A DNA stretch of 64,000 nt from Octopus vulgaris. Its lineage: Eukaryota. This document shows, piece by piece, positions 38,240 through 52,519 of the stretch. How positions within the stretch are numbered: position 1 is the first letter of the stretch; every line of letters begins with the position of its first letter. Made by a program: the position numbers and the translations under genes. Location: positions 27,962,001 through 28,026,000 of the forward strand of contig OX597816.1 of the NCBI GenBank assembly GCA_951406725.2, written 5' to 3'. Below the pieces are notes generated by a model. That model was not told the DNA's origin, searched no databases, and worked only from the letters and a program-made list of their open reading frames with translations.

Positions 38240-38442
38240 TATTTGTTTCAATCATTGGAGCACCTGGAAGAGTTTAGTGGAACTAATCGTCCCAGTACCT
38301 TTTTTCAAAGCCTGGTATTTATACTATCGATTTATTTATACAATCGACACTCTACGTTACAGGGACATAAACAAACAAACCCTGTTGTAAAGGGGGCGAG
38401 GAGGAAGAAAGACAGGAACAAAGACGCACAGATATAGATACA

Positions 38443-38516
<74 letters not shown>

Positions 38517-38525
38517 CCTACCTAC

Positions 38526-38577
<52 letters not shown>

Positions 38578-38608
38578 ACATACATACATACGTACATACG
38601 TGCGTAAA

Positions 38609-38642
<34 letters not shown>

Positions 38643-38715
38643 CATGCGAAAGTTTTCCGTCTACATGATCAACTCAGAAGACTTTGGTCCATTCAGGTTT
38701 ATAGTATGAGACCTG
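38240..38715 (-). mobile_element. Degraded CORE-type SINE with an expanded internal (TATC)n/(CATA)n tract
   Basis: tgtttcaatcattggagcacc...ttttccgtctac...ctttggtc resembles the 43486-43901 family. Confidence 0.55.
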
Positions 38716-39284
38716 TCTATATATATATATAGTATAATAATGCATAAGTGCATATATCTATACATTTATCTATATAAAATTTGTATTGTACATATATCAT
38801 ATATGCATGTAAAATTTATGAAAACGCTTGTAATATATAGGAAGTATATATAATATTAAAGGAATATATATAATACATTAATACGTAATATAAATTTGAA
38901 GTCATTCTTTTCGTAACAAAAAAAGATAATAAACCGCAGGAAACATTAAGAAGTGGGTATATGGTTAAAGGTATCTGCCATGGCACCTCACATAGTGAGT
39001 TTCCTTCCTGCCATGATAGAATTTGTCTTTCATGTTCTCAGGTCGAGTACAATTCAGATACTGCCTAGATTTTATGGACAAACAGTCTACCTCAAAATTT
39101 TGAGGCAGGCCGTTTGCCCATAACATCACACAAGTATCTGAATTGTACTCGACCCTGAATAAATGAAAGCCAAATTCTATCATGGCAGGAATTAAACTCG
39201 CCGTATGAGAGCCACGATAGATACCGTTGACGATATATCAATTTCTTAATGTTTCCAGCGTTTTATATTTGTTAACGAAAAGAT

Positions 39285-39495
39285 TGACTTCAAATTAAGG
39301 AGCAAGGCTAGCGATATTAGAGAAGATGCTCAGTTGTTTATATCGTCACCTTTACTTGACTAGAACTTATTTTAGCAACTCCGTAACACAAAGATATAAC
39401 CGGCTGTATTTGAACTCAGAACCGAGATAGTTAGAACAAATGCCGTTACGCATTTTCTCTGACGCTAACGATTCTGCTGACTCGCAGCCTTTTAT
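39285..39495 (-). mobile_element. Degenerate Deu/Nin-domain-type SINE
   Basis: atttgaactcagaac...gacgctaacgattctgctgactcgcagcctt. Confidence 0.65.
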
Positions 39496-41488
39496 ATTAG
39501 TCAAAACCTCGCAATATTCAGTGTCTGAAATATTGTGCCAAAATGACTAATTTCCAAAAATTTAATCTAGACGGGACTGATTGAAGAGATATATTTCTTC
39601 TAGATCATAAAGAAACATATTAAATTTTGAATCTCCAAAATATTTTATGAAAGGCATCATTAATTTTCTTCGACATCTAGTAAAACTAACTGTATCAAAA
39701 AAGTTTTGTCACAAAATAGAAAGTTAACTTTTAGCTACAAATTATATTTTGTGTAGCAATTTAAAATCTAGTTTCAAAACTAAATTTACATTTAAAAGCT
39801 AATGGAAATTTGTTGCAGAGGCAAATGCATACTCATATGAGTGGTTATAATTAATAGCTCCAAAATATATGACTTCCAATATATTTGGTCGTTCGTTTGT
39901 CTGTTTCTTCATAAGCTTTGAAACAGCAATTCCACTCTTTAAATCACAGCAACGACGAATAAATTGAGGATCTGATCGGCATCTTTCAAGATCATATAGT
40001 AATAAAGATTATACACAACAGTTCAAGTTAAATTTACATTGTTGCTTTCTTGCAAAATTGATTCTTGGAGGGAACGTTGTTCACTATATCCTGCTTTTTA
40101 CGCATTTCCCTCAAAGCAGAGACATCTGGAATGGTGGCTTGAAACATTTCTGTCAAATATTCGGTTACATTTACAGTGAGTGATACAAGAGTCTCATCTT
40201 CCTCCCTTGTGAAAAAGGCGTTTGAAAAATAGTTTTACGCGGGGCAGCAGAAGCCTCATGCAATTTGCTATTCAGTATTGTTACAACATTTGCAGCTTTA
40301 ATATGATTGTCTAAATTTACACTGACTTTCTTTTTACTTCCAGCGTCAAAACGTGAAATCACTATCTGCTGTTTTTGCCGAAAACACACAGAATAATGCA
40401 CTATTTCATTATTGTTTTTCTATGCTTCTTCGATACTTTATCTGCCATTAAATATAACGAGACCTACGTAAAAAGTAGATGAAGTCTCGTTGTGTAGTTT
40501 GGTAGCAGTGAATTGTAGAATTTGAATTATTATGTAGAATAAATACAAAATTGTCACGGCGATATGCCAGTCGATATCAAATAGTTTCTACTCTCAATCA
40601 ACATTTCGGAATCAGTAACTTGAAAGCAGCTACACTAAAATATCCCTAACCACATTTAATATTGTACTCAGGCACCTTTCCCAGATTTGTGGGTTTTTTT
40701 TTTTTTACCTTAAACTGATAGAAGATCACTTAATAATATACGGCAACATAACACGAAGGTAAGAATGTCCCAGAAGTTGAGAGTGAATGAAATCAATTCG
40801 GTAACCATTTATATTGGCTGCGAAACTGAAAAAGTTCAATACAGTTCTATGAAGGAATAAGTACTAGGTGTTCAAGTGAAAGGATGTTTTTTTCATTTAC
40901 TCCGAATTGTAAAAATATTAAGAATGGATTTAATATATCTCTGTTTATCGGTGCTTTGTGTGAATTGGCTCATTTTTTGTACATTTTAATATTTCCTTCT
41001 TTCTCGTGTTTCCTCTAGGGTAGTGTTTTACCGTTTCTACCTTTTTGCTCTTCTTCGCTCAATTCTTCTCTGTATGTATGTATATGTTTATGACTCTCTC
41101 ACACACCCTCTCTTTTTTCTTTCTCTTTTTCTCATTCTTTATATATGTTCAAATTTGTGTGTGTGTTTGCTTCCGACACCAAAGTCAATAGTCTGCAAAA
41201 TAGCAATCACCAAAACAGGTGTGGCACCAAAACTGTCGTTTTTAAGCATGTGGAGACGAAACCGCTGTGCCCAATCGTTTAATTGCAAGCTTTTAACGCA
41301 TGTGGTAGGATCGGGTAGGTTTGTGTTTCAGCTACACCTTGAGTTTACAAGCAACAGAAAGTATTGCACATCGTCATAAATGGTTAAGGACTTGTGGTTC
41401 TCTGATCTTCTAAGATAGAATGTTTTATCCTTTGGCTCGTGCCTAGATTCTTGTTAATCGAAACCTGATTTTAAATCTGGTTATTACG

Positions 41489-41882
<394 letters not shown>

Positions 41883-42861
41883 TAAGTAGCTAGCTTGTTA
41901 GTTAGCTGTCTCTCTGTCCGTCCGTCTATCTGTCTGTCATCTGTCTATTTATTCATTCATTCATCTACTTGTCTTTCCGTGTATCTCTCTACTGCCTTGT
42001 TTCTATCTACCTACTTAAAGACCGACCTAACTACATGTCTATCTACCCTATTTCTACCTGTCTAAATATGTATTTATCCATTCATCAGCGTACGTGTGAA
42101 TTACTTACTGAACATGTTCATATAAATGGGACTGAGTCAACTGATGTGTGTCTCACTCTATTTCGTTTCATAAAGTTCTCCAAATAAATTTCGTAATAGT
42201 TTGCACGATGAAGAAAGTTGAACAACCATTAATTTCATGGCTGCTTTTCTGGAAACCGAAAGTAAATTATGGTTAGAGATATTAATCAAGACATCTCGCA
42301 GCCAAACTAAATTGGAGAATGATATACTAGAAGCTCTATCTCCATTTAGGAAGTGAAATCTAATTACTTATGATGTCGAGTTATGCTAATTTAACAAAAC
42401 TAGCTTAAACTGGAGATTAACCATTATCCTCTTGGGACACATTGATCCTTCTTTTGTTCTTCATCGATATTAATTGGTCTGAATATCTATCGTCTGATCA
42501 GAGAAAGCTTTCAGGCGTTAAGGAATAGAAAAGGAAAATGAAAAAAGCAGTTGAATGTGAAACAGTTCTTATTATACGTGCAGTTATTTCTTTGCGGTTT
42601 GGAACGAAAGACGGAGGTACAGCGCCCAAGACTTATACATCCCGTTTAGATTTCAGCGGTACAGTTCAAATTGAACATTTGAAAATCAGTGTCTACTGGA
42701 GCGAATTTCAAGGATCTGGACAGGATGGGTGTGGGTGGTGCGTAATATTAATAACATAATATAGTATAATCTAATATATATGTGAAATATGGCAATAATA
42801 ATAATAATAATGACAATAATAATGATGATGATGATAATAATAATAGTAGTAGTAGTAGTAG

Positions 42862-42945
<84 letters not shown>

Positions 42946-43485
42946 ACACGGACGCCTCCAGCCGTAGCTCACCAAAATATGAAAAATTCGGATATCATGA
43001 AATCCAAGCTAAAAATTACCGGGGTCTGGCAGAAATGATATTTAATGCTTAAAACTCTGGTAATACAGCTTTTATTTTACTCATTATTTTTGATTATCAC
43101 ATGGAGTTATTGATTGAAATAACACATGCCTAGTACCACTTATGTAAACGTTAAGCTTTCTTTAATGATGATAATGATAATGGTAGTGATAACATTGGTT
43201 GTAACGGTGGGAATAACAATAATACGCAATGTAATAGCATGTAACGCCTCAGAAGGCATGACATTTGTGGGGAAATGACTAATCAAAATATGTAAAGTTT
43301 TACTGTAATTGGTATGCTATCAGCTGTTTCTGAGCAACGCAGATTCTGTTGTAGCAACCTTAGAACTAAAACATAGAGTCAGTTATTTTTGTAGGTCTGA
43401 ATGTAGATTAAATTAGCGTGAGATGTAAAACATGGAATAAAAATTTAAGTCTTATAAATGATGTGCACTTAGAGAGGGGAGATAC

Positions 43486-43689
43486 TTACTCTTTTACTCT
43501 CTTACTCTTTTACTTGTTTCAGTCATTTGACTGTGGCCGTGCTGGAGCACCGCCTTTAGTCGAGCAAATCGACTCCAGGACTTACTGTTTGTAAGCCCAG
43601 TACTTATTCTATCGGTCTCTTTCGCCGAACCGCTAAGTTACGGGGACGTAAATACACCAGCATCGGTTGTCAAGCGATGTTGTGGCGGA

Positions 43690-43731
<42 letters not shown>

Positions 43732-43901
43732 TATATACGACGGGCTTCTTTCAGTTTCCGTCTACCAAATTCACTCACAAGGCTTTGGTCGGCCCGAGGC
43801 TATAGTAAAAAACACTTGACCAAGGTGCCACGCAGTGTGACTGAAACCGGGAACCATGTGGTTGGTAAGCAAGCTACTTACCACACAGCCGCTCCTTCGC
43901 C
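43486..43901 (-). mobile_element. Full-length CORE-type tRNA-derived SINE
   Basis: Reverse match to 60180-60600: tRNA-like head, CORE-like gcaccttgg.caagtg block, internal (GT)n and (AAGAGTA)n tail. Confidence 0.92.
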
Positions 43902-44739
43902 TATAAATTGCGCCTATTCATTTCGACAAATTTCTAAGTGCAACTGATTAATAGTTGTAAATAAACAAAATAGAAGGATATAGGTTATCCTGATCTCTGT
44001 AGATATTGTAGTTGTAACAGGTGATTATCCCCAACATAACTTTTGGGTGACGTAGTTGACTGGGGTCCTCGTGGAAATGCGACTTCTAATGACCCCTCGA
44101 GACCAAGAAATAATTTTTGTCGATGTTATGGAAATCTCCTGTCTTTCTTTACTGATTGTCCCGAAAGTATTCCGGTCGAGTGGCCAATGAAGTAATTGTT
44201 GTTGCTGTTATTGTTAATCGCCGAGGTCGACTTTGCTTTTCATCCTGTCGGGGGTCAATAAATTAAGTACCTGTTGAACACATTTGTTTATACTCGTTCT
44301 GTGCTGTTTTTTTTTCTGTTTAGATTTTGTTCCAAGTTATCAATAGAACCACCAGGAACCTGTCGTTAGGTTTCTGTGGTTGTTTGGCCCTTCACGGGGC
44401 TTTATCCGGCCACCATATGAAACCAGTGAGCGTTTAATCATATAAAATTCAAGAAGATGGCTACGCCCATCTAAAATGAGTTGAGAAGGAAAGTTGCTCC
44501 TCCCGCAGGTCTATTGACTACTCAAAATTGCTGTCCCCTCCCCTCTTTTACTGACAACAAAACCAGAGACAGGGAAGAGAAAACACAGTAGCAAGTCCAC
44601 CAGCAGCAACAGTGAAGGCGGTAGTAGTTGTAGCAGCGGTAGCAGTGACAGAAGCGGCGGCAGTAGTGCCAACAGCAACAGTAGTAGTGGCAGCAGCAGC
44701 AGCCCCGCCGCCGCCACCACTACACAGCAACCATATATA

Positions 44740-44905
44740 TAGTCAGCCACCAGAGGACATGCTCAACTGGTTAAGGTCTAGTAACCGACAAGCAAGTCTG
44801 TGGATTTTAACAGAATATCTGCTGTCGCCCATTCTTTTATACCAAGATAAACCATGTACATGATAGCACTCCCAATCAGTTAAGATGAGAAGCCATGAGA
44901 ACAAG
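44740..44905. repeat. Dispersed repeat shared with 49900-50260 (class unresolved)
   Basis: gtcagccac.a.aggacatgctcaactggtta..gtc....aac.gacaagcaa.tctgtgg....acagaatat occurs at both loci. Confidence 0.7.
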
Positions 44906-44924
44906 TACCAGGTACTGCATAAGG

Positions 44925-45505
44925 GCCTGACAGAATCATTAGCACGCCGGGTGAACTGCTTAGCGGTATTTCGTCTGCCGCGACGTTCTGAGTTCAAATT
45001 CCGCCGCGGTCGACTTTACCCTTCATCCTTTCGAGGTCGAATAAATAAGTACCAGTTACGCACTGGATCGATATAATCGACTTAATCCTTTTTTTTCTTC
45101 TTTGTTTGTCCTCTCTGTGTTTAGCCCCTTATGGGTAGTAAAGAAATAGATATTTCGTCTGCCGCTACGTTCTGAGTTCAAATTCTGCCGAGGTCGACTT
45201 TGTCTTTCATCCTTCCGGGGTCGATTAAATAAGTACCAGTTACGGACTGGGGTCGATGTAATCGACTTAATCCGTTTGTCGGTCCTTATTTGTCCCCTCT
45301 GTGTTTAGCCCTTTGTGGGTAGTAAAGAAATAGGTATTTTGCCCGTCGTTACGTTCTGGGTTCAAATTCCACCGAGGTCGACTTTGCCTTTCATTCTTTG
45401 GGGTTCGATAAATGAAGTACCATTCAAGTACTGGGGATCGTAATCGACTATCCACCCTCCCAACAAACTCCAGGCCTTGTGCCTTTAGTAGAAAAGATTA
45501 TTATC
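44925..45505 (+). mobile_element. Deu/Nin-domain-type SINE with its body in three tandem copies of 184 bp
   Basis: One tRNA-like head, then units starting at 44967, 45151 and 45335, each carrying ggtcgactttgcctttcatcctt.cggggtcgataaat.agtacca. Confidence 0.9.
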
Positions 45506-46207
45506 AACAGAGATGTGAATTAGCAGAATTATATTTGTCGGAGAATAGGTTGTCATATTCAGCTACTCCTCTTTACATTCTGTAGTATTAGAGCAGACAT
45601 TACTGACTACAAATATACCCGATCCACCACCAAAATTCTTTACACTCTGTGACTTTCAAAGTTCACTAATAATGCAGTAATTATCATAGTTTATTCAGCG
45701 ATTTCATTCACAGTGAATGCTTTTCACTCCGCACTTCTATAATGACTAAAATATAAGGTATTCCTCGCTGACACATGATAACATATTACAAACAATTCAA
45801 CTAGTTCCCATAATTTACCTTACTGAGCTTAGTCCATCCATTTTAGTTTATAGCAGTATTAACCTGCTTGTTTATTTATAAATTCGTTTCAATTTCGTCA
45901 CATTAATTCGGTGTTGATACAAAATTTGCCGAAAACCAAATCCCCTGATAGAGAAACATTAACAGATTTCCTAATTACTATTATCTTTCACTTCTATTTT
46001 GAATTCTTTTCCTCCTAGGTGCAGTGTTATTCAAGCATGCTTCACCTAATAAAACACTCCAATATCTAGAACTAATTGCATCCAGCAGAACGGTTCCTGA
46101 AGAGACCAAATGACCAAATTAGAACAGGTGTGTGCGTGTGTTTGTTTCTATGACCACATACATACATACATACATATACACACAAATACATGCATATATA
46201 TATACAT

Positions 46208-46261
<54 letters not shown>

Positions 46262-46943
46262 GTGTGTGTGTGTATGCATGCACATTTATACATAAATACA
46301 TATATACACACATTTATACATAAATACATATATACATATATGTGTGTGCGTGTGAGTTTGTGAGGAGAAGCGGAGGTATACAGAAAGCTCAAGTAATAGT
46401 TAAGTGAACCGACACAAGTTGAAGAGCGCGCGGATGTCTGGGTAGTCTATGTGTATGTATTTAATTCACGCTAGTGATTAATACTGCCTGTTTGACGTCA
46501 TTCCACATTAGCTCGTGATGGTCATTGTCGAGAATTCCCGAAGATGTTTCAAATATGGTGTATTCATGGATGCAGGGATCGAAGGTCAATACTCTGTGAT
46601 GATAAGCTAGTTATACGCACTATTTCAGGCAATTCTTTGCTGCTTAACTAGTTTCTTATAATCAAAGAAACAAAATTGGACTTGCTTAAAAGTAAATGAC
46701 AAGACATAATTATCCTAATCATTCAGTACCACAATACTGAGAAATACTACTTTACGATCAAATTTTTATCGTAATTATCTGAGGTCAGAATAGAATCAGG
46801 ACAAATTCTAATGTCTAAGGGCATGTGTGGAGGAGATGAACTGAAAACGATATTATTACAGGAATTGATGGAATTTTTGCATAAGCACGGAAGAATTTTC
46901 GAGATATAATGAACTGCTACTACTACTACTACTACTACTACTA

Positions 46944-47346
46944 GTGGCTGTGTGATAAGTAGCTTGCTTGCAAACCACATGGTTCCGAGTTCAGTCCCAC
47001 TGCGTGGCACCTTGGCCAAGTGTCTTCTACTATAGCCGCGGGCCAACCAAAGCCTTGTGAGTGGATTTGGTAGACGGAAAAAGAAAGAGCCTGTCGTATA
47101 TCTGTATATATAAATGTACGTGTGTGTATATATTTGTGTGTCTGTGTTTGTCTCCCCAACATGGTTTGACAACCGATGCTGGAGTATTTATGTCCCCGTA
47201 ACTTAGCGGTTCGGCAAAAGAGACCGATAGAATAAGTCCTAGGCTTCCAAAGAATAAGTCCTGGGGTTGATTTGCTCGACTAAAGGTGGTGCTCCAGCAT
47301 GGCCGCAGTCAAAAGACTGAAACATGTAAAAGAGTAAAATAATAAA
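46944..47346 (+). mobile_element. CORE-type tRNA-derived SINE inserted in a (TAC)n tract
   Basis: Collinear with 60180-60600, with (TAC)n on both sides. Confidence 0.92.
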
Positions 47347-47347
47347 A

Positions 47348-47388
<41 letters not shown>

Positions 47389-47507
47389 TGTATGGCCGCT
47401 GCTATATCTTACATACCTAAAATGCGACCAAGTTGCCGCGTGTCACTTAATACAATAAAACAATGCATGGAAGAAGGTAGTACCCTTTTGGTCAGTCAGT
47501 TCGTTGT

Positions 47508-47892
47508 GAGAAGCACTCCGTCGGTTACGACGACGAGGGTTCCGGTTGATCCGAATCAACGGAACAGCCTACTCATGAAATTAACGTGTAAGTGGCTGAG
47601 CACTCCACAGACACGTGTACCCTTAACATAGTTCTCGGGGATATTCAGCGTGACACAGAGAGTGACAAGGCCGGCCCTTTGAAATACAGGCACAACAGAA
47701 ACAGGAAGTAAGAGTGAGAGAAATTTGTGGTGAAAGAGTACAGCAGGGATCACCACCATCCCCTGCCGGACTCTCGTGGAGCTTTTAGGTGTTTACGCTC
47801 AATAAACACTCACAACGCCCGGTCTGGGAATCGAAACAACGATCCTATGACCGCGAGTCTGCTGCCCTAACCACTGGGCCATTGCGCCTCCA
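47508..47892 (-). mobile_element. Full-length tRNA-derived SINE (62464 family)
   Basis: Reverse match to 62464-62845. TSD ca(g/a)ttcgttgt at 47497-47507 and 47894-47904. Confidence 0.92.
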
Positions 47893-48733
47893 CCAATTCG
47901 TTGTAAAGCATATCTGTGGATTCCTACGCATTACAATGACCTTTAAACAGCAGTTTAAAAAATATGGACCTCCTCAAACGTAGATGACCTTAACTATAGC
48001 CGTCATATTTAAATTAACAGCAACAACAGTAACAAACTAAGTATATTTTACCACAATTTCTCTCATGTATTGACTGTTGAAAGTTGGGAACACAGAGAAA
48101 ATATATCTGTAACACACAAAGAGTATGTATATAAGGCGGAAATCTGATGGCGTTGTTAGGAAGCCGCAGAAAGTCTACCTTATTGCAGTTCTGAATATAT
48201 CCTGAATTTAAATTCTGCTGACCTGAACTTTCATTCTTCTGAGATAGGTAAAATAAAGTAAAGATACATAGGAATGGATTGGCATCATTGTTAGGGCGTT
48301 GTACAAAATTCTCATGGTATTTCTTATGTTACTTTCGTTTCTGATTGCTCAGTTAGATGTTGGGAATATGTCTGTCACTAGACAAGGTGGTATTTTGAAA
48401 AAAAGTCAATGATAAGAAGGCATGAAAATAAGAAGTGAAAGGTGCTTGTTATAGAAACACACAGGAATCATTAGAAAAATGATACCTGGGGTGCAGAAGA
48501 GTGTGTGTGTGTGTGTGTGTGCATGTGTGTTTTGGGTGTGTATGCGTGTGTGTGTTTATGTGTGTATGTCTGTGTGTATGTGAATATTCTTCAGTGTACT
48601 TGCGCAAACATGTCTGTAAGATCCTATGCATGTTTGTATGTATATCTGAAGTGCAGATATGTGTGCGTTAGTGTGTGCATGTGTGTGAGTGTGTTTGTTT
48701 GTGTGCCTGTGTGCGTGTTTGTGTGTGTGTGTT

Positions 48734-48770
<37 letters not shown>

Positions 48771-49442
48771 GTGTGTGTGAATATTCCTTTGTGCTCTTGT
48801 AAAAGCATGTGTGTAAGATTTTACGCATGTTTGGGTGTGTCTGTATGTTTCCTGAACGCAACACAAATGTGACAAGACAGAATCATATACATGACTGATC
48901 TTCCACTCGGCAGGCCCTGTTGTATCTCCCTTGTTGCTTAAGCTCTTCACTTTAGTTTAGTCATTAAATCTAAGACCACGCTAATGGACAGGAATATAAT
49001 TGAATTTTATAATTTCAATCCTTCCAGACTGGAAAATACATTCAGTCTCTCAACAGGTAATTTTACGGTGCTCATATTTCTATCCCAATTATAAACGGGT
49101 GCTTTGTGCCAATTGGCAAGTTGGAATATTAGATTTATTGAAACAGATGCCAGGAAATTTGGCGTGCTAAGTTCTTCAATGTAATAATTGCACAATTCAG
49201 CATTTTAGATTGGCGAAATGTTAATATCCCAGTTGTAAATTAGCCGCCCCCCCTCTCTCTTATTGTTCCATATTCTACCTCTTCACAATTTTAATAGCAG
49301 GACGTCCTAAGTTATTTTTATTTCTCCGTTTTATATCACAAACGAAATTCAATAAATGATAACTCTCTCTCATCCCAACACATATATGTATGCGTGTATA
49401 TTGTGTTACATATAAGTCTATAAGCACAAGGCGATCTCATCT

Positions 49443-49671
49443 TACATATGTAGAAGGAAGATGTATAGGCCTTTGATAGAACACTTTATTTACATGTTTA
49501 TGTTCCTTCTCGAGCCATGCCTGGCTCATAAGGTTTCTTGGCGTATAGGTTCCCCACCTGGACGGGACGCCGGTCCATCGCAGGTGAGCTACAAGATGCA
49601 GGAGGAAAGAGTGAGAGAAAGTTGTGGCGAAAGTGTCAGCAGAATTTTCGCCATTACCTTCTGCCGGAGCC
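49443..49671 (-). mobile_element. 5'-truncated V-domain-like SINE plus the 3' flank of the copy at 54318
   Basis: Reverse match to 54431-54679. Confidence 0.88.
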
Positions 49672-49795
49672 TATAAATCAGTAGAACACAGTTATCATCT
49701 GGCTAATGCTGGTTTTATGTAAATAAAGCATATATAGGGTATGTGGCCTTCATACTTAAAACTAATGCAAGCCTTTATATGAATGCGCATTGTAA

Positions 49796-49885
<90 letters not shown>

Positions 49886-49899
49886 CCTTTTATCTTTTA

Positions 49900-50260
49900 A
49901 CTGTCATCGGCACATGCATCACAACCATATGTGCGCGACATGGTGATGTCATATCAAAATAAAGAGCACTTGACCTTGCAGGTGGAACTCAGTTAGAATT
50001 TTCTTGGTCGAGTAACACATCCTGGTTCAAAACGTCTCTGAATAAGGGTTGTTTAAGGATGTTGAACGAAATATCCATGTTTCTAGATGTGAATTATTCA
50101 AACCTCAAAGAATCCCTCTCAACACATGGCTATGATGCTCCTCCACTACTTCTGCTCGTGATCAGAAATGCACATATCGTCAGCCACTAAGGGACATGCT
50201 CAACTGGTTACAGTCAAGCAACTGACAAGCAAATCTGTGGTATTGAGCAGAATATTTGCT
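49900..50260. repeat. Dispersed repeat (class unresolved)
   Basis: Overlaps in sequence with 44740-44825. Confidence 0.6.
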
Positions 50261-50334
50261 ATTATTACGTGTCGTAGTATTAGTAGTAGTATTAATAGCA
50301 GTAGTAGTATTAATAGTAGTAGTAGTAGTATTAA

Positions 50335-50394
<60 letters not shown>

Positions 50395-51951
50395 CAGTAT
50401 AGCAGTAGTAAAAGAAGAAGAAGGCCCATTTTTACGTAGATCTTTTGTGTGTCAAAAATATAATCATAAAAAATGTTAGGAAATGATTTAGCTTTCTAGA
50501 AACGGGAGCTGAAAGAAAATAGCAATATTTCAAGGGATTCTGTCATTGTCGCTAGTTGATTCATATTTTGATAAAGGAGATTTATACATAAATCTTTTAG
50601 TAAATTTTTCCTATCTGGTTAACGAACACATACAAAAAGAAAAATACCACGGATACAGTGTGTGTGCCAAACTATCGTTGTAATGTGTATGCGTGCCTGT
50701 ATATGTGTGTGCATGTGTGCGTGTGTATGTTCTTGTACCTTTTCTGCTGGTATATTTGGAATCTTTGTTTTGTAATTTTTATATGGGTTTATATGTATGT
50801 GAGTATGGGGATAGCTGTGTGTATGTGAGTATGGGGATTGCTGTGTGTGTGTGTGTGTATGTGTGTGTGTGTGTGTGTGTGTGTACGCTTCATGAATATA
50901 TTTGTGCTTAGTATGTATCATAACCTCTCGGAAAAAGACGTTAAAATATTGTGAATAATCAATGGCTTTTTAACGCTGATGGTATCTAGCATCGCTATTT
51001 TAGAAACCTACTGTCATACAATGAAGACATCTTATAAATGAAACACATTTCTTATGAAATGTTCGTTTGTTGCATTCTGGTAAGTTATATATCAAAAGAA
51101 AACAACAGCAGAAAACAAACAATATAGAATAAATAACTGCAGCCGTTACCAAAAACCTACTTCGACTTAACCACAGGAAACGAATGGAAGACACTTCCTT
51201 AGACTCCTCAGTGTAATAGACATAGCAGCCAACTTTCCTTATTCATATAGCGTCATGGAAAAAGACGCGTTAAGTTAATATAATCCCAGGGGTTCTGCAT
51301 ACAAGAAAATAAAAACGGAATAATCACAGAATACTTTTGATCCATTGGTTTTCTCGAGACGACAGTTGTACGACAAACTATGTGAAACTATCCTCATATA
51401 CAGAATCTGCTACAGACTTACATAACAATCTTAAAGATGCACTAATTCAATTGAATAGATAAGATATGCGTACTGTATGTTGCTTTTTATTCTATCGGTT
51501 TCAATATTCAGTATAGAGTAAAGTATAATGTGACACGTTGACGTATTTCTTGATAGTGAAAATTTCAGACACGACATACGGACACACACACACACACACA
51601 CACACACAAGCGCGCGCACACACACACAAGCGCGCGCACACACACACAAGCGCGCGCACACCTGCTATATCTGCTTATATATATTTTTATATATGTATGT
51701 GAATGCATATTAGGAAACAAAGCTGAAAAATTCAGAAATGTTACAAAGTAATCAATTCATCATATATATATATAGTTTTTTTTCCTCGATTTTTATAATT
51801 TTACATTTTATAGTGAACTCATTTATTTGTTTTGTTTATTTTTGTTTATCCCTCGCATATGACCGTTAAATGAAAGGACCAATCAAACAAATCCATTTTT
51901 AAAGGTGTAACGTTTATGCTACTCTTGATAAAATTGTCATCTCGGTTCTAT

Positions 51952-52010
51952 TTTAACAAAACTGTCCGACGAACGGGAACGTGAAACTCCGAGTAACAGC
52001 TTTTGTTAAA
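51952..52010 (+). ncRNA. Type I hammerhead ribozyme motif, family C, core CCGACGA
   Basis: tttaacaaaactgt-CCGACGA-ACG(ggaa)CGT-GAAACTC(c)GAGTA-acag(c)ttttgttaaa. Stem I is 14 bp with one bulge, and stem II is capped by a GNRA loop. Confidence 0.78.
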
Positions 52011-52519
52011 TTTCTGCTGCTTTTAAATAAAGTGTATATATATATGTATACTTGATTAATATATATATATCATGAACGATGAACGTTTAATCAACTTATT
52101 TCATGGAAGAGTAGTGATAAAATAAGGCCCAGTGCCATATAAATTAAACTTGGCCGTCTTGTATGAATCATGCACAAACTTATCAACTTCTCTAAAATAA
52201 ACTTGCAAAACGTTATATAGATAGTTCTTAAAAACATTGTAACAACAGAATAAACTTGTAAAACTGGTATTACTTCCTTATAAACTTTAAAAAATGCACT
52301 TTAATTAAAAAATGGCGATTTGATGTATTTTCCTTGGGACAATATCTTGCGTAATAGATTTAATATTACTTTCTTAAATGCTGCCATTTGGTACTTGTGG
52401 CCTTTAGTAGAGTCCACTTTCTGGTAAGCATTGGGGTAAAACTTTCAGTTTGAAGATACTTTTCTACTTTCTACATGTTCAGGAGGCTCTAAGAAGCATC
52501 ATATATTCTTTCATTGCTA

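Noticed and set aside
44548-44863. Ala/Pro/Val-rich ORFs
   Set aside because: Derived from a degenerate (GCA/GTA)n trinucleotide tract joined to a dispersed repeat.
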